A DNA stretch of 61,193 nucleotides, the filler included, from Sphacelaria rigidula (lineage: Eukaryota): assembly GCA_964200075.2 (NCBI GenBank). It is 4 parts of 4 records of this genome, joined end to end, with 100 filler letters (N's around TTAATTAATTAA, not from the genome) between each part and the next. Parts side by side here need not be neighbours in the genome. Positions count along the whole stretch, not along the records: positions 1 to 15,225 come from CAXNAA020001852.1; positions 15,326 to 30,549 come from CAXNAA020001853.1; 2 more parts are not named here. One strand, 5' to 3'. Of this stretch, positions 13,385 through 28,102 are shown one piece after another; position 1 is the stretch's first letter, and each line of letters opens with the position of its first letter. A program made the position numbers and the translations under genes. A model generated the notes under the pieces. It was not told where the DNA came from, did no database searches, and worked only from the letters and a program-made list of their open reading frames with translations.

Positions 13385-14499
13385 CTGTTAGTATGAGTAT
13401 ACCAGGAAGTTGAATGGGACACAACTCCCGCCAACGTTCAAGTGTGGACCTTTCGATTTTTAGCCCTTTCGCGACGTCACGCGTTGCCCTTGTAGCCCTG
13501 ATAACTATCACGTACACACGATACATAACAGAGGACTCAAGATACAGGGTACTGACAAGGCACATAAAGTGAGCAAAGAACTATCTGCACAAACCGGCTG
13601 GACACTACTCGTAGGTTATCTAGCAATTCTATTGTTGCAGGTTCAGGTCAAACGGGAATTGAATGGCATTCAGGAGGAGATCAGGATCGCACATTACGAC
13701 CCCCTCCTCTCTCCTCCCTTCCCCTCCCCTGTCCAAGCCTTTTTTGGTGTGAATAAGGAATGAATTCCCCGTGTTTTCTCCTTCAACTTGTTTGTCGCTA
13801 CTGCTCGCCCCGTTGTTTGCGGGGTGCCGTTTAGACGCGTGAATCGAACCTGTGCATTTCAAATACACACGTTCGGGGCGAAAAAAATCGTAGGTATAGC
13901 GACGGAGGTGAGCGTAGAAACGTCACATCCACCTGACCCGTCGCCACTCTGAGAACATGGTCGGACTGATGTAGAAACTTGCACGACCAGTGGCTACAAT
14001 CCGTTTGGCATTGATTTCTCGTCCTTGCATGCGTAAGCAGTATAAGCTCAAACTGCAATATGCTTCAAATGCGAGGCAATATTCAAGCGCTGGCTGCTGC
14101 TGGAGAAAATTGTGGGAACTACTAGCTGGGAGAATCTTGTATGACACACGGTCAGAGTCGAACACTATACTCCCAGTCGACCATACTATGGACCATGTGA
14201 GTCTTGATGAAAATTTCTGTGTTGCGGGGATTGTCGTGCCTAGATGTTGAGCAAGAAAGACTGTTTACCAAACCATACCCTGCACCATCTGTACGGCGTT
14301 CCTTCATGTATGATGCAGCTAAAAATGTGTTATGTTCCGAATACACCATCCGCACCACTACTTAATCGAAGGAGCCACGCATTGCAAGGGAATCATTCTT
14401 TCAGCTGCCTCGCAAAACCGCGCTGGCTAATTGGAGACGTGAACCTTTTCTCCGCGGACCCTCATGAATTTTCGCCCAAAAAAGACATGACGAGCCTTT

Positions 14500-15225
14500 A
14501 GCTCGTCCTGCGTCCGCGGACATCCGCTCCCCTCTTGCTATCTTCACTAACCCCCCCTGCTCCCATGCCTTCGTCTGATTTCTTCTCGATTTCGTCACCG
14601 CTGTTGTCGTCGTCGTCATCGTCATCGCCCTCGCCCTCGCTGTTGTCGTCCTCCTCTCCTCGCCCTCCTCACTACCCTGTTCGTCTGTGTTGTTGTCCTC
14701 ACTCCCTCAGTCATGGCTGCCGTCACTTCTATCCTCAGTACTATGTGTCTTGAACCTTTGCACCTTCCCAGATCGCGTCTCAGGCTACCGTCGCACGTTC
14801 AGAGGTTTTTCTCTCTATATACCCGCCGTGTTGTACCCCACTTTGTGCGGCTGTCCCAGCTTTCTCCAAACTTCCGCTTCGAAGACATGACGAAAGCCGC
14901 GAGTACGAGGTACGAGGTCCATGTGTTCTTTCGGGACCGCGTGTACTCTGGCGATGTCTTTGCCATATCATCGCCAAGGAGTATGGTGACCTTTCTCCGT
15001 GTTCAGCAGCGACGTGAAGGTCATACAGGGTGGAGAAAAGGCTTCGAACCCGATCGTCGCTACGCGTCCATCCGGCCGGAGGCCTTTCGGCGACCGCCAT
15101 CGGCGGAAATGAGTCCCTCGTAGGAACTTTCTACAGCATGGATTTCATGCGGTGGACGCTACAAACAGCCAATCATCTATGTTGAGGATGGTGCTTTTGA
15201 TTGAGGATGAGAACCCGGAGGATTA
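14500..15225 (-). pseudogene. Degenerate coding remnant with an acidic (D/E/G-rich) tail, possibly transposon-derived
   Basis: One frame reads GSEDNNTDEQGSEGGRGEEDDNSEGEGDDDDDDNSGDEIEKKSDEG..* but upstream frames are broken by stops; no family recognised. Confidence 0.3.
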
Positions 15226-15325
15226 NNNNNNNNNNNNNNNNNNNNNNNNNNNNNNNNNNNNNNNNNNNNTTAATTAATTAANNNNNNNNNNNNNNNNNNN
15301 NNNNNNNNNNNNNNNNNNNNNNNNN
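15226..15325. other. Artificial scaffold-joining linker (44 N + TTAATTAATTAA + 44 N)
   Basis: Exact 100-nt structure seen three times; the central 12-mer gives stop codons in all six frames. Confidence 0.97.
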
Positions 15326-18300
15326 AGAATCGTTAGGAGCCCCTGAACCAGATAAAATTTCGCGAAAAAAGTGCACCCCTACCGTAGCATTGCTCAATAC
15401 TGTTGCGGTAGCTGCAGTGTGGGTGGTCCGGTGGTTGTCTTGACATTTATTTACTGGAATAAACAACTCGTGGTAAATTATTATAAAGCTTTACACCGCC
15501 GGATCGCGAACTCATTAATCGGTCCACGAGCATAGAAGGCTGCTGCTGCTTCGAGCTCGTTTTCATCAACGATCATTTTTCTACTCTGTATAAAATAATG
15601 TGTGGTTTGAATGGTCGATGGATTGATTATCGCACAACAACATGAACTGAACCCCTAGGGATCCAGCCGCGGTCATATGATAGACGTGCCGGACATTGAG
15701 GGGGGGAAAACGGAAACACTCGCTGAAGAAGGAGAATAAGAAAAAAGAAGGTGAAACAGGCACAAACAGTGCGGACTGAAAAACACGCAAATGAACGAAC
15801 AGGTTTGACCATCTCTGTATACGTACCACATGCGGGGCGCGGTTCCGGTTTTGGTCCCTCACACACGAAGCTTTATTAAGTACCGTCCCGGTCGCGTGAT
15901 GTTGGTCGTGTCGGGTCTATTCGCCGAATATCACCCTCCCCCCATCCTCCCTTACCAAAATCGCCGAAATTTAACCTTTAGGGCCTTCGTGTTTTAGAAA
16001 ACAAAATGTTGTCGATAGCCTTGGTTGTTCTTGCAACAAGTGATGACATCCTGCTTATAGGTAGGCTATGGAGTCTACAATTCCGAAGTGGAATGAAGGC
16101 CTCGGTGCCTGCCCTTGACACTAAAAATATCGCGCGGAAAAACATACTCCGGCGAGATGCAGAAATTAATTGCACCGCTCCATGATACATGAAGCTTTGG
16201 AGTACTCTCATCCATGTACTGACTCCCACTTATTTCCGAAGTTTGACGAAGACTTCGGTCCCCAAGATGACCCAGGGGGCTCAACACCTTCGCAACAGAT
16301 TAGCCATGAGTCAGTAACTCAAACAGGCAGTAAGAATGAAAGCTCACGAATGGACGAAGCGATGGTGGGCCGCGTGTTCAAGGGGCGTCCGTCTGTAACC
16401 CTCGAGGTTTTGTGGTGAGACATAAACAAGGACCCCCACTAATGTATACATGCCAACGCATCAGAGTTTATTTGACTCAAGACGTATTTATTATTATGAA
16501 TAATAATTGATTGATTAAATTATAATTAGTTGATAATTGAGTAATTAAATTAGTATGTATAAAAATTTTCACAATAACGATAGAGATCGTGCTTCCCTCG
16601 TATACTGCACAGACCTCAGTCTAGCATTTTCTGCGGATGGCTTATTTTCGTTTTTTTTCACATTACATTTTCTATGAGCACTCAGAGGTGCTAGCGTCGA
16701 TAGTTTTGGCAAAATAAACAAACCGTACTCAGATCACCATCGCCCAAGTTGGTGTTGTGGGGGCGATACCGGGTAAAGACCCCGTTTATCAGGAGGGTAT
16801 TATTGACCGTAAATGATCCAAGGAACATAGTTTTCCTGCTTTCGTGCAGTGGCTAGGTGGAATTTCAAAAAACAATCATTTTGGAGTCTTCGTTTATATG
16901 ATCCGGATCGAGTTGGTCCACCGAAAATACCGAAAAACTTGAGTCTGGGGTCGTATTTTCGCAGGACCCCCGAAGGTCGGTCAAGCCCGTACGTCACTCA
17001 TGATTGATCGCAGATAATGTTTTCTTCAATATTTATCAAGAGGTATAAAATATCTCCGGATGTCCACTTTTTGGCATCCAACAGTCACTGCGATGAGTGA
17101 TGGCAAGCAAAACAAGTTTGGACAATCTTCGAGAAACTAAGAAGTCACAGATTCTGAATACTTCTGACGCTGACTACTGTATATCGAGGTATACTCGTTG
17201 TCGGTACATCGTGCCCCTGGGGTATCCTCTTTCAACTCCTTCGACAAACTCCATACAGTACAGATGCATTCGTTTGTGTACGAGTGCAGTAGGAAGGACA
17301 AGCAACAAAGGCGAGAGGAGCTCACGACGCCAGGGAATATTCTGCATCATTTGAGGCACGTGGGTGCGTGGGTGGGTGAGGGTGCAGCATGTACTCGTGC
17401 ATCTGTATATTCACGACGCACAGCGATGAGTGTACGCAGTCATCACGTGACTTCCACCCGCCCCTGTGATGAGACCCAACGAAGCCTTCACAGATGGCAG
17501 CGAGGTTACGAAGCAAAGTCTTGTAGGAATAACGAAGTGTAGCAAACAAGAGGTATCGAGGGGTTAGGCACAAGAAAAATCCATTTCCGTCATTTAACGC
17601 ACGCCAACAGGGAGGTGGGGACGCAAGTATCAAAACACAGAAAATTGTCGGGGGGAGGGAAAAAAACGCTCAGGCCCATCGGTCACAACGCTCCAAGAGC
17701 ATATCACACACGCACAACGTCGTTATTTTTTGCACGCTCATACCCCTCCCGCTCTCCTCGGAACTCAGCAACATTGCAAGCTTGCATCGACCGTGCCTCC
17801 CTGTCCCATCGCACCCCACCCAAACTATCAACAGGAGAGCTACCTCAGCCTCTCGAAATTCGTCCTCGTCGCGAATGCCAGAGGCTGTACTAGTCATCTT
17901 TCCTCAGTCACACCCTGTGCCACCACCACAGAGTAACCTACATGCCCTCAGTCCGCCCGACCTGCTTCTCTATCCACGCGCTCGGGAACAATCAGAACCA
18001 CAAAGGCCGAACACATCACCAGCTCCCTCTTCCGTCTACTGCAGCAGCTCTTCCCCTCTCTCCCTTTGTCTCCTCTATTCAGGGCTCGTTGGTTATAAAA
18101 ATATTGTAAAGATACAGAGGTGTGGAGGTACTTTACTTTCAGCTGATGAACAGTGTGACACCCTCCCGACGATGGACAAAGATCACACGCCACAGCTGTC
18201 CTCGAAAATCGGAGTGCCTCACAATGGCAAGATCCCTTTTTTTTCCCACCGATGTACCATCACGACTCAATTAATCGCCAATCCACACATGGCGGAGGAG

Positions 18301-19143
18301 GGCGACAGTACATTGACGGCAACGCACAAGCAAAGGCCACCCTCGCTGTGATGAATCAACAATGGCAAGCATGGTGTACCGAAACATCGGCCACACCTTC
18401 TGGGGAGACGCGGGCAACATCATGTGTCGTCATCGCAGGGATGAAATGACACCCCGTGCCTTGTGCAAAAACCCACAGCAAGGAGCAAACAAACGACGAA
18501 CCTTCCGCTTTTTTCAATCCCCGGTCTTTCAACCCCCTCCACGGCAAAATATGCTCATTTTTCCCGGAGAGATTAACGAAAAAGAAGCACGAGTTCCGTC
18601 ACTTCGGCGACGCGGCACGCAGCGCACGTCACTGAAAGCAAAAACAATGCATTCGACTCTTCTTTTCCCACCCACTTATTCTGCCGTTTCGTCCGCTGCC
18701 CTCTCCTGGGTATCCCTCGCCAATTTCGACCACAAGGGTGAACTGCAGTGCACACTACGCTCCGGGACCTAAGAGGTGCTTAATTTAGGTCATAATCCAC
18801 GGATGGAACACCAGCGCCTATTGGTACTCAACACACATGAATCCACTGCTCAATCCCAGCGCTGCCGTGACCAACAGACATGCACAACTCCAGCGTAGTG
18901 CACTATACTCGAGTATTCTCAGAGGCCCTCCACTACTCGAATAGTTCCACCTCTCGTGCACACAAGTCGTGGAGGTTAAACGCTATTTCACGAGGCCCAC
19001 AACGTGCTCGATTCCGATCATGATCTTATACTGACCGAATCAAATCACTCCAACCTCGAATGAAAAGGTTTTTGAGTTTTATAAGAAGAATAAAAAAACA
19101 TCAACAGATGCAAGGAATACAAAAAAAAGGAATATGAACAGAA

Positions 19144-22100
19144 TTACGAGAACTGCTTTTGAGCCCGCTCGTATCCGCGGCCGAAGGTGCCATCTTTCTT
19201 GGCGGCGTCCCAGCATGCCTCCGTCTGCACCCTGGCCCGCGCCCTCTCCTTCGTTGTCATCTCCTCGCATTCTCCTTCCTTGAGGCAGGTAGGGTGGAAG
19301 CTGAACACAGAAGGGGAGGGCATACAAAAAACATGAGAAAAAACGGATATAAACATGAAAGAACTGAAACAAGGAACACACACACAATGACGCATAAATT
19401 GTAATGTAACGAGTGCGAGGAGAGTCATTGAACGGGGGGGAAAGGCAGGACATGTATATATCGTATTGTATACTGTCGGGTTTACGCACCACAGCAGTGC
19501 AATATTTTGCAACACAAACAAGGAAACAAGAAATGGAACCAGGCGTAAAGCGTAGGGAATACGATGTGATAACACGGGACAACACAGGAGACAACACAAA
19601 TATTGGGAGGTGTCGACATACAGCATGAATAAACTTTTAGTGGTATCTTCCACGTATGCAGACCGACACAAGACAAGACAAGACAACGGCGTTTCCTGTC
19701 TTCGCATACGGCAGGCGAAACAAGCGCGGGAATTACAATTATTGGGCCCTGTTGCCGATGCCGGTGTTGAATGTTCATCAAATTCAGAATCACGGCGTGT
19801 GATAAGAATACCGGTGAATATGGCTACTACTTTCAGGAATCCCCGACACATATACGACCCGGTTTCTGCGCAGCGAATCAGATCAATATATATTTTTAAT
19901 CCAAAGGTATGTCAGCTAAGGTATTTCCCACAATTGGGGGTTTCGAAAAATCAAACTCTAAAAACCCCAGAATTGGATGAAGTTTTGCGGTAGTAATCAA
20001 CAATACTCACATATTATGGTGGATTATTGAGATGGTACTCAACTCTCCCCGATATTTGAGGAGAGTATGGAGATCGGACCATCGTAACACAAAACCCTGG
20101 AGAGTGAATACCCAGGTATTTACTCTACCCGATAAACCCTTGAGAACATGCGCACTCCTCCACAGCGGACCTGATATGTAAAATTGAATATCTAGAGGAG
20201 TATAATACAATGATCTTATTTCCTCTGCACTTATTTTTATTTTCCTCAAATACTTCGCCCCTCACCTGTACAGGAACATGAACTGCATGTAGAAAATAAA
20301 CGGCAACGCTGGCTTGAGGAGACTGGTCATGAGCGAGTTCATGCCTCCAGGTGCATCAATCGAAAACGGCGACATCGACATCTGTCACGGATCACGAGAA
20401 CAACGAAAAAAATGAGAAAAAATGAAAAACAAAGGCGGTTAGGTGGGGTGGGGTTCACTTTCGCGGCACCCTGAATTCTCGGAGTGTTGAAAATGCGCAC
20501 AATAGTTCTGGGTATCAAGTGCCGGAAATACTCAGTGTTCCAGAGCAGGCAAGGATTGGGTGTGCTTCACCACCCCATCTACTCCGGACGCCAGTGTGCG
20601 CCTGTTCGTATTTGACCACGCGTCAGGCAGGGACACACAGGAATCATCCATGTTTTTAGTTTAGTTTCAGCCCTCCACCTTCCTTCTGTAATGCTCGACA
20701 TACTTCTTTTATCGCAAGAAACGTTCAGCATTCCGTCTTTCTCGTCGACCGTGAAGTCAAACTTTGTATACCAATGACATGCTCGCTCTCCACTGTTGGG
20801 GATCATGTGAGCAAAAATGCCATATGGTGTGACTTTTCCGATATTCGACCCCACTGGTCGCCCCGGTGGCTACGTTAGTAGCCTCGAAACCTTCTGACGG
20901 TTGGGTCGTGGGTTCAAATCTCGGAGCCCTCTGAGGTTTCTTTTTCTCACACAATGCTCAACAGTGGAGAGCAACCATGTCGTGGGTACACAAAAACTCG
21001 ACTCAACGATCGACGAGGGAGAGAGACTCCTGAACCCCTCTCGCCATTGAAGAAAAAAAAAAGGCGAGCACCTCAGAAGGAAGGTGGGGTACTGAAAAAC
21101 AACTTGAAAAAAAACTCCTGCGTGGACATGTCTCCTTTGTGACCCCGGCTGGTGCGCTCACATAAACCGAAAGGTGTAAACCGGCGTCCGAATAAATGGG
21201 ACGACAACACACACGAACACAGATGTCCCAACCGTCACGAGGTTTCGAGGTTACAACTGCGCCACACTGGCGACCGGCTTGGAAAATATCGCCACTACAA
21301 AACACTCAATATTTATTCCTGGTGCCCAGGGCATCAACGGAAAACACAGGGGCACCCGAGGTGCCGTGTACTCCACCGCCAACTAGCTTTTCTAGCTTCA
21401 TGCAGAAAAGATTATGCAAGCGAGGCCTCAAAGGGCGTGCAGGCGAGAGTGGGGGGCGACTCCGTCATCAGTAGACTTGTAATCAACAAAACGAAAAGCA
21501 AAAAACGAGAGGCGGGGAAAGTACTCGGCGCATCACCCTCCCCACGACTTTTTTTTTTTTCGGTTCATCAACCTCCTTGTTTTCTCTTCACTTTTCTTCA
21601 GCGAGTGTTTCCATTTTAATTTGTTTTTTTCGATCATTCTCGGACACGTCCAATCATGTGACAAACGCTGGATCCCTGCGACCAGTTGACGTGTAACGAT
21701 CAATTTAACAGCTGACCTGTAGAAACACCGGCGCACAACGAAGGGGCGATATATATTCAGTTTTTCAACTCTAGCCCATTGATATTGAATTCACCCACTC
21801 GCGCGGACGAACATGCTGTTCTAATCCCGCTTTATATTCGCCATTCACCATTCCGGTTTCTCGAAAAGTGAGACGGAGGACATCGGGAGAACGAAACGTG
21901 AGAGTCTCGACTCGGTACCCTACCCGTTTAGCGACCACACGGTTTTTTCCGTGATTCTTCCCGCCGAATCTATTCTAGGCGAAACTCAGACCATGTCAGC
22001 AGCTGCTCGAAAACAATCTTGGGGGGAATGAAGCACGATCTCCCCCGTTGCAGCACCTGCCTCGCAATGAATTATGGATCGACTGCCCGCTTGGGGACCC

Positions 22101-25100
22101 ACCCAGATACGATCGTTGTTTTTGGGAATCGGCATCATTTTGACTTTAAAATGACTGAAAATGACGAGTCAAAATGACGCCCATTCACAAAAACAAAAAT
22201 CGTTACTGGTTCTCAAAGGGTTTTAATCGATTAACCGTTGAAATTCAACTGATCTGCAGGAGTCATGATCCGGCCGGGGTCATTATCTACATGATACACC
22301 GAGGCAGAAAAACAAAATGGAAACATTCGCCGAATAAATGTGAAAAAGGGCAAAAAGCTAGTACAGATCATGGACTAAGAAAGGAAAACAAGGAAAAATA
22401 TGCATATCTAGATCAGACAAGAAAGACGCGAGAAATGGCTGACCTCTGTCGCACGGCTTCAATGGAAAAGGTCAAAAGTCTTGCGCAAAAAAACCACACA
22501 AATACCCAATCGTGAAAAAACGTCATGTATGGCCGATTGCTATGGTACATCAGCACCCTCGTCATTCGCGGACAGCACTCACCTCGTCACGCCTTGCTGT
22601 CCAAAAAAATATATATATATATATTCATATGAAGTACTCATGTCGACAGTCCACGGCAAAAACAAAACGAGCATGAGAAAAAAAAAAAAAGTATCATGAG
22701 AAAAAAAAAGGGACAGCAACCAACTTTTCATGCCAACCTTCATAGGGGTGTCGAAGTTCTTCACGATCAGGTCGCTAGCCAGCCGGCTGAGTCCCTGCAC
22801 AGATGCCGTCCTCAAGATCCTCGAGTTGTAGAAAGATCGGAGCGCCGACGGTATCTGCGATCGGCTTTTGACCTGGCAATGAGCAAACGAAGACAAGGTG
22901 TTTCCAAGGCTGTGTCCTGCAAGACATGCCGACTAAACGTGGAGTATTTACACAAGCACAAAAGGGACATTTCACGGGCAAATACCCTCCCGAACCATAC
23001 CACGGATCGGAAAAATGGATGATTCGTCTAGAAATCACCTGATTTAGTGTTGTTGATTCACACCGTATAAATCAATCCTTGGGCTTCGTCTTCAGCGTTG
23101 CAACCCAGGTACGCGCAGTCCAGGCACGTGGAATGGCGCAAAATTTGCGTGCACACCTTCTTGAGAAGCGGTCAACTTTTTCATCTCTCTCGAGCGATCA
23201 GGCCTGTAAAATCGTGGATTTGGTTATTCAAACCGGCGATGATTCGTCCGAACCGTGAAGCCGTACCGTTTTGCTCGGAACCAGGCCCGATACCCTATCC
23301 GACCATACAGGATTGTTGGGTGTACGTTCCGGTATGGTTTGGTATGCCGACCAAAAATTCCCCTCTTCCGGGTACATGCCCTCCAGAGCCGCGCCCCGGT
23401 GGTGTAAAATCAAAATGGTCCGACAAACACTAAATAATAAAATAGCTAAATAGCTGAATAATACAGTACAAATAAATGAACAAATAAACCAATGACTAAA
23501 TGAGTAAATGGACGAATAAATAAATGAACAAACAAATAAATGAATGAAATGAAATAAAAAAAATCAAATAACACAACCTTGCGTGGTCCCATGCATTTTC
23601 GTGAGTGTTTGCCAAGCAGTATGTTCGGTGTGTGCTGCCTGCGGCGCGCGCGTGTGCGTGCGTGTGCCGAGCGCAACTAAATGGAGAGGAAAGACACCCA
23701 TGTATATCAAAAAGAAAAAAAAATCACACCAATGGGAAAAGACAAAAACATACTCCCACGAGGGACAGGACGAAACCAAAATCATCATCGCGGCCGTCAA
23801 CACGTGCGGTACACACCTCCTTGAGCATATTTGTGAGCACGTAGCCATCCTCCATAGCCTGGCAACCGCCCTGCCCCAAGTTGGGCATCATGGGGTGGCA
23901 TGCGTCTCCAATCAGTACCGTATTCCCTTGCGCCCAGCTCTTCATCATCTGTGACGTGTACAACACGGAGGGCAATAGTTTTTTCTCGCGCTCTTGACTT
24001 GAGTATCATGTACACGAGCAGAAACAAAAAAATAACAGACTGCATGCACCCACAAGAGCACAAACAAAAAAAAACACTCGCCAATGACCCACGCGGTCGC
24101 TGTCCCCCCCTTTTATAGAATACCTTCTGCGAAAAAAAAAAAAGGAAAAAAAAAAATCAAATCAAGAAGGAAGACGAGAGTAGAAAATAAGGGAAACGAA
24201 TGAGCGAAAATGAGGTGCGACAGGGGAGAAGTAGGTCATCTATTGAATCGGCACCTATTTCCACTTGAAAAAAGTATGCATGGTGCAGATGGACTGCCCT
24301 CGCGGTTCAAGGGCCAAAAAGTTACACTCAATAACCTACATATCGGCAGTGCAATACTGTAGAGGACCTTAACTAATGGACGGATGAACCAGGGCCTGGG
24401 CGTTATTTGTCAAGTTTCAACACCCTGGCCAAGACCAGGGGTGAGACTAGAGTGCACCAGGGAAAACATGGTACATACTCCACACTGGTATGGAAAAGGA
24501 TAGTTCTGTTATATCTTTCGTCCGACACCACCTTCTTTTGATCAGGGCGTGTCTTGGAACATGAGTTCTCCATCGAAATTGTGCGGTGGAGAACGAAAAT
24601 TCCGATCTGATAGGTCGTAAATATCAACCATTATCGTTAATTTTGAACATCGTTGAAATCACGATATATCAGGTGCACTTTTTCGATCGAAAAATGATGC
24701 GCGAAGACACAGCCTCAGCGTGTGCCATAACGTACGTTACATGCTCACTTGTGAAAGTTATTCCGCAAAAATATGATCGAACGCACGCGCAAATCTCCCT
24801 TCCTTCCGTCATCTTGCGTGATTTTCGCGTCACATGCGCAGTTTTTTTTTATTGATGGATCAATAGATCTTGTGATAGATCGATTGTCGCACATCATTTG
24901 CTCTCCCAGGAATCATGATCCAGTCGTGTTATAAAGATGGACGTATCTACCGTCAGTGGATATAAACGAAAACACTCGCAGAATGAACAGCTTCACATAC
25001 ATGAAATTGGTTGTGAAAAAAAGTACAGTGGCTGAGGGGCCCCATGTCGGGAAATGTCGGCACCACCCCCCCTCAGGTGGCCGGAACATCATTCTGAGGC

Positions 25101-25258
25101 AGTGCAGTGAGAGGGGGGGGGGAGGGGGGGGGAGGGGGGGGGGGGGGGGATCTGTTCTATAATGGAGAAAAGCGTAATTGGTTGTGGCTATCTGGGTAAA
25201 TTTAAAAANNNNNNNNNNAGCGCCGCCCCCCCCCCCCCACGGGGGCCGGGGGACAAGC

Positions 25259-25299
<41 letters not shown>

Positions 25300-28070
25300 C
25301 GGGATTCCTTGATATATGGATGATAGCGATAGTAGTTGCTGTACTGCAGGGTATATCGAAAACGGTAGGTTTTAGGGATGGGTCGAAGCAAGTAGTGAAG
25401 AACATGTCCGGAGAGGCAGGGAGGGGCGAACAAGCGAGGGGGGTAATGGGCTGCTCTACCCCGTACAACACCATTATTGGGAGACGCTAGCTTCGTCATT
25501 TGTTGGAAATAGACCGGCACCAACATTAACCTCACGTACAGTTCATTTGGGAACCACTACCTCAATGTTGGATACTTCTTTTGGCCACACCACGTCCACA
25601 ACACTTCCCTGTCTTGTGTCGCAGCGCAGTATGATGGCGATATGTACATATACGCGTTGTATGGACACGGCTGTCTGCCCAAACGCGGGCAGAGTACGTG
25701 ATTATGTACAATTCACACCTTGTACATAAACTCATCCATATTATCAGACCACTTTCATACCGGCTGGTAACACGGCGTAGTAAAGTTACAGCGTATACAT
25801 TTCATTCAGTAGCAGCACAGAACTACTCGTCATACATAGCCCTCCCCAGCATGGCGACCGTAGCAATGCGATCGTGCCAGGTCGGTAACCAAAGGTCTTA
25901 CCAGAGCCAGCGCGACTCAATACTCATGATCCAGTGATAACCGCGACGTGAAAGTCATCATCCAGCCGGCAAGTTTGCTCTCCAATAGTCACAGAATAAA
26001 TGCCACACCAAAACTCCTCGGTTTTGGGACGCCCACGTCGAGGCGAACCCTCGATGTTCGCAATGATCGTTCATTTCCGTATACTACTGAAGAACCAGGA
26101 AGAAGAAGGTTTCTGCCAAGGTTACCGTTTGTCATTGTTCAGCGTGTGCAATCATCACAAAAGCGGCGACGCATACGTTTCCGCGACATACCCTCCCGTG
26201 AATCCAAGTAATGGGCGTCTACAGAGCGGGTCCACCAAAATATTACACACGTCGGACAAAGATCATGATCCATCTGAAATAGGTTATCTAAGAAGACTCT
26301 GGAATCTGTTGGTTCAAAAACACAAAATATGTGACGGCAGAGTCAGAGAAGCCAAAACGCAGCCTTTGCGCTACTCGGCGTGCCCGGCGTCCGGCAGTGT
26401 AGGCAGCAGACATGGAAAAGAGGGGGCAAAGCATCCGGATCATGATCTGTACGACATGGGAAAAATTTGGTGCTGATGCTTACCGACGGAGGACGGTCGT
26501 ACAGGTCCCTCTGCTCGACGTCGTTATTGCTGGTAGCCTCCAGGGCCTCGAAAATCTCATCGCTCCACCCCTTGAAACGCTGCCAGGAAAATATGGTGAG
26601 GAAGAGGGGGGCAAATATGAAGCAACGAAATGCAGAAAAATAAGAACAAAAATACCAAAAAGTAAAAAACAAACGAGTGGGGTGACGGATGAGGGAGCAT
26701 GACGAGAAGAAGAAAAAAAAACATGACAAAATAAACAGATGTGAGTAGGCACTTGTACGTGTACTGTACAACAAATGAAGTCACACGATCTGGATTTTTC
26801 CCCACACCATGCCCAACGGTGGCGAACGACCATGTCGTGGGTACACAAAAATTCAATTTCACGGTCGACGAGGTAACGGGGACCGCTGAACCCTTCTCGA
26901 GATAAAATAGAGGGGAAGCACCGCAGATGAAAGGTGTACTGAAAAAAAACAAAATACAAAAAAACTCCTGTATGGACCTTCCTTCTGTGTGACCCCGGAT
27001 GATGCGCCCACACACACCGGAAGGTGCAGACTGGCGTCCAGAACGGATAGGGTGACAACAACAGACCCATACACGCGACAGCTGAGACCTCCGGGGGAAC
27101 CACAGAGACACCGCACAAGCACTGAATGTCGACAGCACGACATGGCTAGCTAGTGAACTCAGACGCTGGATCCCACATCAGCTGCCTCAAGCTCATTGTT
27201 AAGCCGCTTCTCAATAGTCGGAAAGCGGGTTCTCGTTCGATGGCAGACTGTGTGGAAGAATATAGGCCTCGGCGGATTGGGCCTACTCCGAAACATTTGC
27301 TATGGGTCCCAAGAGGATTCTAGCGCACTTTCGCGATTTTCCGTGCACAAGTTTACTTTTGGCCGTATTCGATTGTGATAACACCCCCAAAAACCTTCGA
27401 GGTCTCCAATAAAAACACGTTCGCGATGCTAGGAGATAGATGTTGGCCACAGACGGCGAAACAAGAGAGGGCTAAGAAATGTGAATATTTTCGTGGCATG
27501 TACGTACGAAAGAAACGTTATGAGAGCCGAACTTTTGACCGTGTCTCTCTCAAATGTTGAAGGTATCTTCATCAGGCGTAGAAACGGTGCTCCATCTCGA
27601 AAGGGGTGCTTCGTCATTGATCGAATGACTATGGCAAGCAACAAATGAGGACGCCCCTCTCCCCCTGCCCCCACCCCCCCCCGCGCGACGCGTTCTGACT
27701 TCAGGCGGTTTCACAAATTACTATCCCGTCCCCGTTAGCATCTCGCACGTGAGAGGATTCTCCAGGGGAAGGTTGTGTCATTGAAAAAAAAAAAATGGGA
27801 CGCAATAGAATGTGGCGAGGACGCGAAAAACAAAATAGATTGATCGTCGCACATCGACTGACCCTCCAGGGATCGAGGATTGATCACATGGTGGACATGC
27901 CCAAGACAAAAATAAAACCGAAACACTCGTTAAAGAAAGGTGAAGAAAAACAAAAGCGAAAAAGGAAGGACAGGCATACAGAGTAGACCAAGCAAAACAA
28001 AAAAAAAAAAAAAACAAAAAAAGAAAAAAAAAGTAAAAAAAAAAAAAAAAAAAAGAAAAGGAAAAAAAAG

Positions 28071-28102
<32 letters not shown>

